NCBI GenBank assembly: GCA_963840655.1
Contig: CAWIZS010000009.1
Span: forward strand, 102,283-166,282
Reading direction: 5' to 3'
Source of the DNA: an uncultured Acidobacteriota bacterium
Lineage (GTDB): Bacteria > Acidobacteriota > Terriglobia > Terriglobales > Acidobacteriaceae
Length of the DNA: 64,000 nucleotides
The position numbers and the translations under genes are program-made. This document shows, piece after piece, positions 40,422 through 48,339 of the stretch; the stretch's first letter is position 1, and every line of letters starts with the position of its first letter. Under the pieces are notes generated by a model. That model made no database searches. It had not been told where the DNA came from and was given only the letters and a program-made list of their open reading frames with translations.

Positions 40422-41525
40422 TTACGATTCGATCATGATCTTCATCGATTCCGCCCTCGGCTCGGAGGCAAAGGCGATCGCCTCGGCAGCCTGTTGCAGC
40501 GGAAAGCGATGAGAGATCAGCCGGGTCAGATCGAAGCCATTACGATAGCCTTCCAACACAAGCCGTGCTGCTTCGGCCTGCACATCCACTGAAGCGCTAT
40601 AAGATCCCAGCAGCGATTTTTCATCCATGCAGATCGCCGCCGGATCGATCGCCGCCTCGCTCCTCTGAGTCGAAGCGAACAATAGCACTCTGCCGCCGGG
40701 GCGTGTTGCGTCCATTGCGCTGCGAATCAAAGCATTGCCTCCAACGGCGACAATCGCGACGTCCGCGCCGCGACCTTCGGTGTGCTTCCGCACGGTCGCC
40801 TCAACATCTTCTTCGCCGGCCTGGATCGGATGCCGCAGTCCGAATTGAGCGGCAACAGCGTGGCGCGCCGGATACAAATCGGAGGTCAGCACCGTGGCGC
40901 CGTCACGCAACGCAAGCGAAGCCAGCAAAATTCCAATCGGTCCCTGTCCGATCACCAGAACCGTTTCATCCGGTGCTAGATGAAGATTGCGAATCGCTTT
41001 GAAGCAGGTATTCACCGGCTCGATCCACGCGGCCTGCTCGAAAGGAATATCGTGCGGAACGCGAATCAAGCCGCGTTCGACGATCCAGTCCATCACTCGG
41101 ATGTATTCCGCAAATCCACCGCCAGAGGGTTCAAATCCGGCGGTGCAACCAACACGCTTATACACATCGCATTGGGCAAACGTCTTTTTCCGGCAGTAAT
41201 AGCAGTGTCCGCAGGGAATGTGATGAAACGCCATCACCCGATCGCCGACGCTCCAGCCCTGAACCGCGGTGCCGACAGCCGCAATCTCTCCGGCCATCTC
41301 GTGGCCGAATATCCGCGGTGCGGAGTGCGAGCCGGTGTGAATCTTCTTGAGATCGGTGCCGCAGATTCCGCAACTTCGGATTCGCACCAGCACCTCGCCT
41401 GGACCAATCCCCGGGAGCGGGACCGTCTCCACGCGAACGTCATTCACGCCACGGTAAACAGCCGCCCGCATCTCTTTGGGCAGATTCTTTACGGTCGAAT
41501 TTTCCGGGACAGTCACAGTAGCCAT
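40422..41525 (-). CDS. zinc-dependent medium-chain dehydrogenase/reductase (ADH-1), embedded in the hopanoid cluster
   Basis: SCGICGTD, GHEMAG, structural Zn motif CGHCYYCRKKTFAQC and Rossmann motif VIGQGPIGIL. Its ATG lies 1 nt after the hpnG stop. Confidence 0.85.
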   Translation of the reverse strand: MATVTVPENSTVKNLPKEMRAAVYRGVNDVRVETVPLPGIGPGEVLVRIRSCGICGTDLKKIHTGSHSAPRIFGHEMAGEIAAVGTAVQGWSVGDRVMAFHHIPCGHCYYCRKKTFAQCDVYKRVGCTAGFEPSGGGFAEYIRVMDWIVERGLIRVPHDIPFEQAAWIEPVNTCFKAIRNLHLAPDETVLVIGQGPIGILLASLALRDGATVLTSDLYPARHAVAAQFGLRHPIQAGEEDVEATVRKHTEGRGADVAIVAVGGNALIRSAMDATRPGGRVLLFASTQRSEAAIDPAAICMDEKSLLGSYSASVDVQAEAARLVLEGYRNGFDLTRLISHRFPLQQAAEAIAFASEPRAESMKIMIES

Positions 41526-41526
41526 T

Positions 41527-42204
41527 TTATTCCGCGCGCTCCAGAGTCTCGCGCAGCGCTTCGGAAAGTTTCCGCGATGCCTGTGCCGAGCCGCGCCCCA
41601 GGCGCACTGCCGCCGGAATCATCCATGGATGAAGCACAAGATTTCGAGCGAATGCAACCTGCCGGAAACCGCCCTGCGCATCGATGAAACGGTTCAGCTC
41701 CGGCAGCACATCGCCGGCCTCATCACTGACCACTCGAAGCGCCCGAAACGGCAGGCCGCACATTCGCGCCAGGCACGCGACCGCGGCAGCTTCCATATCG
41801 ACCAGATCGGCATTCCATCGTTCGGCCACTTGCGCCTTTTCCTTAAGTGTTATGACATGGTCGACGGTCACAAGCGTTCCACTCCCCTTATCGCACGCGT
41901 ATTGCTCGCCCGTCTTCGCATTGACGACAACAGACGGCCAGTGGATGGAATTTCTGCTTACGCCGGCGCGCAGCGCGCCCGCATAGCCGACGGAAAGAAT
42001 CGAACACAGCGGTCCGCGAGCCTCCGCCAGCTCCATTGCGCGGGCCGCACGTTCCTGGCCCATCCCCGCACACACGGCAATCGCGCGATCGTTTTCCGCA
42101 ATCGTCCAGCCTTCCGCGCGCGACCGCGAATGAACCGGCCAATCCCGCACGAGAGGAGCAATCTCGCGCGGCAGCGCGGCGATAATTGCAATCCGCGGAT
42201 TCAT
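41527..42204 (-). CDS. hpnG: hopanoid-associated phosphorylase / adenosylhopane nucleosidase (PNP-UDP family)
   Basis: MNPRIAIIAALPREIAPL.. is PNP/MTA-nucleosidase-like, with ..DLVDMEAAAVA.. Its ATG overlaps the hpnA stop (ATGA). Confidence 0.8.
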   Translation of the reverse strand: MNPRIAIIAALPREIAPLVRDWPVHSRSRAEGWTIAENDRAIAVCAGMGQERAARAMELAEARGPLCSILSVGYAGALRAGVSRNSIHWPSVVVNAKTGEQYACDKGSGTLVTVDHVITLKEKAQVAERWNADLVDMEAAAVACLARMCGLPFRALRVVSDEAGDVLPELNRFIDAQGGFRQVAFARNLVLHPWMIPAAVRLGRGSAQASRKLSEALRETLERAE

Positions 42205-43196
42205 TGCGCGGGCGCATACCCGTTGGCACGAAACCATACGATTGCCGCGCGCAGTGCTGGCTCGACCGGCTGAACTTTGTAGCCCAGATCGCGTTCCGCT
42301 TTCGCCGAAGTGGCGAACATCTTTTTCTTCCCCATTCGCACCGCTTCCACCGTGGCGCGCGGCTCGCGCCCGCGAATCCGGCCCGTCCAGTATTCATCAA
42401 AAAAGGCAAACGCCATCGCCACGGAATGCGGAACCTGCATCGTCGGAGAAGGCGATCCCGTCATCGCCGCCATGCGATCCAGAAATTGCTTCAGCGTTAG
42501 GTTTTCTCCGCCCAGAATATAACGCTCTCCCGGAACGCCATGCTCCAACGCCGCAAGATGCATATTCGCCACGGATTTGACATCGACGAAATTTAAGCCG
42601 GTATCCACGTACGCGGGAAATTTACGATTCAGGAAATCCACGATGATCCGCCCCGTGGGCGTGGGTTTGGCGTCGTTCGCGCCAATCGGGGTAGTCGGAT
42701 TCAGAATGATGACCTGCTGTCCGCCGCGAGCGGCCTGAATCGCTTCCTGCTCGGCGAGAAATTTCGATCGCTTATAGTGTCCGATCATATTCGTCAGCGC
42801 GACCGGCGTGTCTTCATCCACAATCGTGCCATCGGAGCGAAAACCCATCGTCGCCACGCTAGAGGTGTAGACGACACGGCGTACTCCGGTCTCTCGCGCC
42901 AGGTGCAGCAGAGCGCGCGTTCCCTGGACATTGGCCGCATACATCGCGTCGGGATCGCGGACCCATAAGCGATAATCCGCCGCGACATGAACAATCGCAT
43001 CGCAGCCGGCGACAGCCGTGCGAAGATTCTCGATCCGCAACAGGTCGCCCGTCACCATCTCTGCATTCAATTGGTTCAGGTGTTCGGTGCGGCTGGTTTT
43101 TCGCGTAAGCAGTCGCAGGTCGGCTCCCGCCGCGTGCAGCGCTTCGGCAACGTGACTCCCCACAAAACCAGTTGCCCCGGTGACGAAAATTCGCAT
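42201..43196 (-). CDS. hpnA: hopanoid-associated NAD-dependent sugar epimerase/dehydratase-family protein
   Basis: MRIFVTGATGFVGSHV (extended SDR Rossmann) and YKRSK (YxxxK). It sits between hpnH and hpnG. Confidence 0.8.
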   Translation of the reverse strand: MRIFVTGATGFVGSHVAEALHAAGADLRLLTRKTSRTEHLNQLNAEMVTGDLLRIENLRTAVAGCDAIVHVAADYRLWVRDPDAMYAANVQGTRALLHLARETGVRRVVYTSSVATMGFRSDGTIVDEDTPVALTNMIGHYKRSKFLAEQEAIQAARGGQQVIILNPTTPIGANDAKPTPTGRIIVDFLNRKFPAYVDTGLNFVDVKSVANMHLAALEHGVPGERYILGGENLTLKQFLDRMAAMTGSPSPTMQVPHSVAMAFAFFDEYWTGRIRGREPRATVEAVRMGKKKMFATSAKAERDLGYKVQPVEPALRAAIVWFRANGYAPAQ

Positions 43197-43300
43197 AAGT
43201 GTGAAATGAACGTAAGGAGCGAAATCAATGAAGCGGCTGTGCTACGGCAGTTCTAAAAACCATGCCGTCATCCTGGACAACGCGACATTCGCATTGCGCC

Positions 43301-43362
43301 GGCAAACAGCACGTTCCTCGGCTCCGCTATGCTGCGCTCGGAATGACAGATTTAATTATCAG
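43301..43362 (+). repeat. dispersed intergenic repeat, copy D
   Basis: ggcaaacagcacgttcctcggctccgctatgctgcgctcggaatgacagatttaattatcag; it ends 15 nt from the stop of orf141. Confidence 0.6.
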
Positions 43363-43376
43363 AACACTTCGAAGAA

Positions 43377-43802
43377 CTAACCCAGCGCTTCGGCCTGGAT
43401 GCCGATATCTTTTTCGCCGGCCGCCTTCTTCTCCCAGTATTTCCTGACCCACGCTTCCCAGCTTTTTCCCGCGGCGGTGTCGCGTCCGGTAAATGCCAGC
43501 CCGGCGATTTCCGAGTAGGGGATGGAAACTCTTTCCGTAGTGTCCTTCGGCAGTATCCGTACAATCGACTGATGAAGTTCCGGCGCTGAGCGACGGTCGA
43601 AGATGTACCCTTCGATGCGCACGCCGGTCTTCAATGTAATCGTCACGTCGCCGCGGTAATCGAATGCCTGCTCCAGCGCCTCTCGCGTCTCATGCTCCGT
43701 AGCCAGAGCCGGAATCCATCCCTGCAGCATTTCGTGTTCTGCGCCGGGCGCAACTTCCATCGCGTCGGGATTGGGCGCAGGCTTCATGTGCGCTTCAATC
43801 AT
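43377..43802 (-). CDS. unknown 141-aa soluble protein translationally coupled to hpnH (orf141)
   Basis: Its ATG overlaps the hpnH stop (ATGA). There are no TM helices and I recognised no motif (..FDYRGDVTITLKTGVRIEGYIFDRR..WEAWVRKYWEKK..). Confidence 0.55.
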   Translation of the reverse strand: MIEAHMKPAPNPDAMEVAPGAEHEMLQGWIPALATEHETREALEQAFDYRGDVTITLKTGVRIEGYIFDRRSAPELHQSIVRILPKDTTERVSIPYSEIAGLAFTGRDTAAGKSWEAWVRKYWEKKAAGEKDIGIQAEALG

Positions 43803-44926
43803 GCGTGCGTCTCCTCGAGCTCCGCGGAGCCGGTCTCAATCTGCACCAACGGGTTGAACGCATGCACCGGTTTTACCGGCTGATTCAGCAGGTCCAATGC
43901 GCCTCGATCCGGATAGCGATTGAACAGCGTTGCCTTCGCCATGGCAAACAAGCCGCCCAGCGTTCCAAACCCGGCGTTCACCGCAGAGGGTTCATACCCG
44001 CAGCTCACCATGCAATTCGCGCATTTTGGATTTCCGGATTCTGTCCCGTAATGCGACCAGTCCGTTGTCTCCAGCAACTCCGCGAAGCTATCCGTATAAC
44101 CGTCCTGCAATAGATAGCAAGGCTTTTGCCATCCGAATATGTTGTAAGCCGGCGAACCCCAGGGCGTGCACTGATAATCCCGTTGACCCATCAGAAATTC
44201 GAGGAACAGCGGAGACATATTGAACTTCCACCGCTTGTCGCGATTGGACAAAATCGCGCGAAACAGCCTGCGGGAACGAGCACGGCCCATAAAATGCTTC
44301 TGATCCGGCGCTTTGTCGTACGTGTAGCCGGGAGAGATGACAATGCCCTCCACGCCGAAGGCCATCACTTCGTCGAAGAACGCGCGCACGCTGTTCGGAT
44401 CAGCCCCGTCAAACAAGGTCGTGTTTGTTGTAACGCGGAATCCGCGCTTCACCGCCTCGCGAATACTCTCCACCGCAATGTCGTATCCGCCTTCGCGGCA
44501 TACTGAGAAATCGTGGTGCTCGCGCTGCCCATCCAGATGCACGGAAAATGTCAGATACTTGCTCGGCTTGAACAAATCGATCTTGTCTTTCAACAGCAAC
44601 GCGTTCGTGCAGAGATAGACGTACTTTTTGCGCTCGACCAGTCCAGCAACAATTTCGCCGATCTTCGGGTGCATCAGCGGTTCGCCGCCCGGAATCGACA
44701 CCATCGGCACGCCGCATTCCTCTACCGCGCGGAAGCATTGCTCCGGAGTCAATTCCTTCTTCAGGACGTGTGCGGGATACTGGATCTTGCCGCACCCGGC
44801 GCAGGCCAGGTTGCAGCGAAACAACGGCTCCAGCATCAGAACCAGCGGATAGCGCTTGCAGCCACTCCAGCGCTGGCGCAACACATAGGTTGCCACCGTC
44901 CACATTTGTGAGATTGGCACCGCCAT
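43799..44926 (-). CDS. hpnH: adenosylhopane synthase (radical SAM)
   Basis: MAVPISQMWTVATYVLRQR.., radical-SAM motif CNLACAGC, and C-terminal Cys-rich ..NPKCANCMVSCGYE.. GGAGGAG lies upstream of the ATG at 44926. Confidence 0.9.
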   Translation of the reverse strand: MAVPISQMWTVATYVLRQRWSGCKRYPLVLMLEPLFRCNLACAGCGKIQYPAHVLKKELTPEQCFRAVEECGVPMVSIPGGEPLMHPKIGEIVAGLVERKKYVYLCTNALLLKDKIDLFKPSKYLTFSVHLDGQREHHDFSVCREGGYDIAVESIREAVKRGFRVTTNTTLFDGADPNSVRAFFDEVMAFGVEGIVISPGYTYDKAPDQKHFMGRARSRRLFRAILSNRDKRWKFNMSPLFLEFLMGQRDYQCTPWGSPAYNIFGWQKPCYLLQDGYTDSFAELLETTDWSHYGTESGNPKCANCMVSCGYEPSAVNAGFGTLGGLFAMAKATLFNRYPDRGALDLLNQPVKPVHAFNPLVQIETGSAELEETHA

Positions 44927-44987
44927 GCAGATACTCCTCCGTTCACTACTTTCCAATGTCGTCTGCTGCCAGTTCTTAAAACGCCGA

Positions 44988-46991
44988 TCAGCGCGTGCTG
45001 CCAAGCGCCTCCGTCTGCATGGCGCGACGATATGTCGTCAATGCCAGCAGCGGGAAATAATTGCGATACATGTGGTACGACAAATAGAAAACTCGCGGGA
45101 ATCCGGTTCCAGTGTACTCGTCTTCATGCCAGGAACCGTCGGGACGTTGCTGTTCGAGCAGCCAGCGTATACCTTTCGCCACGGAATCGCTCCGCGTATC
45201 GCCGGCAGCAAGCAGCCCGAGAATCGCCCAGGCCGTCTGCGATGCGGTGCTCGCGCCAATCCCCCGCAAAGCGGGTTTGTCGTAGCTCATGCAGCTTTCG
45301 CCCCAGCCTCCATCGGCGTTCTGGATCATGCGGATCCACTCCGCCGCCTGCTGGATCTGCGGCTCATGGTTCCAGATGCCAATAGCTTCCAACCCGCGCA
45401 GCACCAGAAATGTGCCATAGATGTAATTGACGCCCCAGCGGCCGATCCAGCTTCCGTCCGATTCCTGCTCGCTGTAAATAAATTCGATCGCCCGCTGCAC
45501 GCGCGGATCGTCTTTGGTGGCGCCGTAACTGGCCAGCATCTCCAGAACACGTCCCGTAATATCGACCGTAGGCGGATCGAGCATCGCGTTGTGATCGGCG
45601 AAGGGAATATGCTCAAAAATCATTTTCGTGTTGTCTTTGTCGAAGCTGGCCCAGCCGCCGTTCTTGCACTGCATCGCCCATATCCAGCGGACTGCGCGCT
45701 GTGAAACTTCATATTGATACCGCTCGCGCGGATTCTCCACCTTATTGAGCGCCAGCAGCACCTGTGCCGAGTCGTCCACATCCGGGTAAAACTCATTGTT
45801 GAATTCGAAATACCATCCGCCCGGATCGACGTTCTTTACCTTGACGGCCCAATCGCCCTTGCGCCGCACTTCCTTCGACAGAATCCAGTCGGCGGCCTTC
45901 AGGAGCCGCGGATCGTTCTTCGGAACTCCTGCCTCGCCCAGCGCGAAGACCGCATAGGCCGTATCCCACACTGGGGACTGGCAGGGTTGCATCCGGAAGG
46001 TGGGCTCAGTCTGACCGGGAACTCCACGGTCTTCAATGCCGAGCTTTTCAAATTCATCCAGCACCCGGATCACCAGCGGATCGTCCAGTGAATATCCCTG
46101 ACAACGCAACGCGATCAAGGTATTCAAAATACCCGGATAAATCGCGCCCACGCCATCGGACATTTCGATGCGTTTCAGAATCCATTTCTCCGCCTGCTTC
46201 AGCGCGATCGATCGCAGCGGCCGCACATGGATGCGTTCCCACCAATGCGTCATTCGATCCAGGAAAAGGAAGAAATTGCGCCAACTGAAGACTTTCTCTG
46301 TCCAGCGCAGATGCAGGTTTGCATTCTCCCGGCCACCGACGAACAATTCCTCGACGCCGTGTTCGGGCGGAATTTTCTTGTACGGCTTTTTGGCATACGC
46401 GATCGATAAAGGAACTAAAATGGCGCGCGACCAGGACGATATTTCATAGAGGTTGAAGTAAAACCACTTGGGGAACAGCACAATCTCCGGCGGAATGGCC
46501 GGGACCGCGTTGTAATCGTATTGCCCGAAAAAACACAGGTAGAGCTTGGTGTAGGTGTTTACCTCGGTCGCGCCTCCGTGAGCGAGAATCCACTCGCGCG
46601 CCTTCACCAGCACGCTATGGTCCGCCGGCCAGCCCATCAGCTTGAATGCAAAGTACGCCTTCACCGTTGCGCTGATATTCGACGGCCCGCCGCGATAGAT
46701 CGGCCAGCCGCCGTCCTCTTGCTGATGTCGCAGGATTTCCGCCAGCGTTTGCCGCAGCCGCACCGGTGCGCCGATGCCCAGCAACATATGCAGCATGATG
46801 TAGTCGGACTCGAGTGTCGTGTCCGCCTCAAGCTCTCCGCACCAGTAGCCTTCGGAGCGTTGACACGAGAAAATGAATTCGCAGGAGGAGTCGATCGCGC
46901 TTTCGACGTGGTCCAGACTGGCGTCCAGCCGGCCAAAGCGGACCGCGCCGGATTGTGGGCCTTGCAAAGATGGATTCATCGGCAGATACAA
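44988..46991 (-). CDS. shc: squalene-hopene cyclase
   Basis: Multiple QW motifs (QQEDGGW, QNADGGW, QRPDGSW) and the catalytic DVDDSA (DxDD). About 665 aa. The start is TTG 46991 or ATG 46979. Confidence 0.95.
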   Translation of the reverse strand: MYLPMNPSLQGPQSGAVRFGRLDASLDHVESAIDSSCEFIFSCQRSEGYWCGELEADTTLESDYIMLHMLLGIGAPVRLRQTLAEILRHQQEDGGWPIYRGGPSNISATVKAYFAFKLMGWPADHSVLVKAREWILAHGGATEVNTYTKLYLCFFGQYDYNAVPAIPPEIVLFPKWFYFNLYEISSWSRAILVPLSIAYAKKPYKKIPPEHGVEELFVGGRENANLHLRWTEKVFSWRNFFLFLDRMTHWWERIHVRPLRSIALKQAEKWILKRIEMSDGVGAIYPGILNTLIALRCQGYSLDDPLVIRVLDEFEKLGIEDRGVPGQTEPTFRMQPCQSPVWDTAYAVFALGEAGVPKNDPRLLKAADWILSKEVRRKGDWAVKVKNVDPGGWYFEFNNEFYPDVDDSAQVLLALNKVENPRERYQYEVSQRAVRWIWAMQCKNGGWASFDKDNTKMIFEHIPFADHNAMLDPPTVDITGRVLEMLASYGATKDDPRVQRAIEFIYSEQESDGSWIGRWGVNYIYGTFLVLRGLEAIGIWNHEPQIQQAAEWIRMIQNADGGWGESCMSYDKPALRGIGASTASQTAWAILGLLAAGDTRSDSVAKGIRWLLEQQRPDGSWHEDEYTGTGFPRVFYLSYHMYRNYFPLLALTTYRRAMQTEALGSTR

Positions 46992-47115
46992 TGTTTCATC
47001 TATTTCGTTAGATGCCTATACGCCGAAACCTGCACCACGACAGAATCAATCCAGGTAACCGTCGGGCGGGTCCGCTGCAGGTTGACGCGCTTCCAACCGC
47101 TTGGAATCGAGAAGA

Positions 47116-48135
47116 TTACCGAACCGCAGGCTGCTGTCCTGCGACAGACTCTGGGGCTGACGTGATGGCCCGCACAATCTCCGGCGGAAGGCCGAAGCGT
47201 ACATTCTCCGGCATCACCTCTACCTCTTCGACGGAGCCAAATCCGTTCCGCTGCAAATAATTGATGACATCCTGGACCAGGATCTCCGGCGCCGACGCGC
47301 CTGCAGTCACTGCGACAGTCTTTGCATCTTCCAGCCATTCCGGACGGATTTTTTCCGAATCGTCGATCAGATAGGCGATGGTGTCCAGATTTTGCGATAC
47401 CTCGACCAACCGGTTGGAATTGGAACTGTTGTTCGACCCGACGACCAGTACCAGGTCCGCCCGGTGCGCGACGTTTTTCACTGCAACCTGGCGATTCTCC
47501 GTGGCATAGCAGATATCCTGCGAATGCGGTCCAACGATGTTGGGATATTTTGCCTTCAGCGCATGGATGATATCGCGCGCTTCATCGAGGCTCAATGTCG
47601 TCTGCGTCAGATACGCTACGCGCTCCGGATTCGGCACCTCCAGCGCCTCAACCTCTTCCACCGTCGACACCACCTGTGTCTCCTCCGGCGCTTCGCCCAG
47701 TGTTCCTTCAATCTCGTCATGATCGCGGTGACCGATTAGCACCAGCGAATAGCCCTGGCGGGCAAATTTCACCGCTTCCACATGCACCTTGGTCACCAGC
47801 GGACAGGTCGCATCGATGACCTTCAGCTTGCGTTGCTTGCTGATTTCCCGCACCGCCGGCGACACGCCATGCGCGCTATAGATCACGCGAGCACCTTCCG
47901 GAACTTCGTCAATGTCATGAACAAAAATTGCGCCTTTTTCAGCTAAATCATTGACAACGAAGCGATTATGGACAATCTCGCGGCGGACGTAGATCGGCGC
48001 TCCGAAGGTTTCCAAAGCAATCCGCACCACATCAATGGCGCGCACCACACCGGCGCAGAACCCGCGCGGTTTCAGCAGCAGAATACGGCGGTCATCCTCG
48101 TGGGAGGGAGCAATAGGCGATTGATTCTGGGCCAT
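47116..48135 (-). CDS. ispH: 4-hydroxy-3-methylbut-2-enyl diphosphate reductase
   Basis: Three conserved Cys contexts (GFCAGV, ATCPLV, DICYAT) and SNSNRL. ATG 48135 was chosen inside the longer ORF. Confidence 0.9.
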   Translation of the reverse strand: MAQNQSPIAPSHEDDRRILLLKPRGFCAGVVRAIDVVRIALETFGAPIYVRREIVHNRFVVNDLAEKGAIFVHDIDEVPEGARVIYSAHGVSPAVREISKQRKLKVIDATCPLVTKVHVEAVKFARQGYSLVLIGHRDHDEIEGTLGEAPEETQVVSTVEEVEALEVPNPERVAYLTQTTLSLDEARDIIHALKAKYPNIVGPHSQDICYATENRQVAVKNVAHRADLVLVVGSNNSSNSNRLVEVSQNLDTIAYLIDDSEKIRPEWLEDAKTVAVTAGASAPEILVQDVINYLQRNGFGSVEEVEVMPENVRFGLPPEIVRAITSAPESVAGQQPAVR

Positions 48136-48291
48136 GACGGTCACCCGTACAGTATACCGTCCTGAAACGGTACGGACCGAATTAAAACATCGGCATTTTG
48201 CACCGATATTGCAGCATTTTTCAGACAACGATTTCCGCGATCTTTCAAGAATGTCAATGACGAACTTGTTGCAGGCATTCGCACAGAACAG

Positions 48292-48330
48292 GCAGACGGC
48301 CTTCTTCCGAAAAGAAGGCGGGCCGTCTGC
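48292..48330 (-). terminator. hairpin between the GH74-like gene and ispH
   Basis: gcagacggc-cttctt / aagaag-(gcgg)-gccgtctgc forms 15 bp of stem with a 4-nt bulge. On the minus strand it is followed by a T-containing tract (ctgttctgtg). Confidence 0.4.
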
Positions 48331-48339
48331 CCAGAACGA

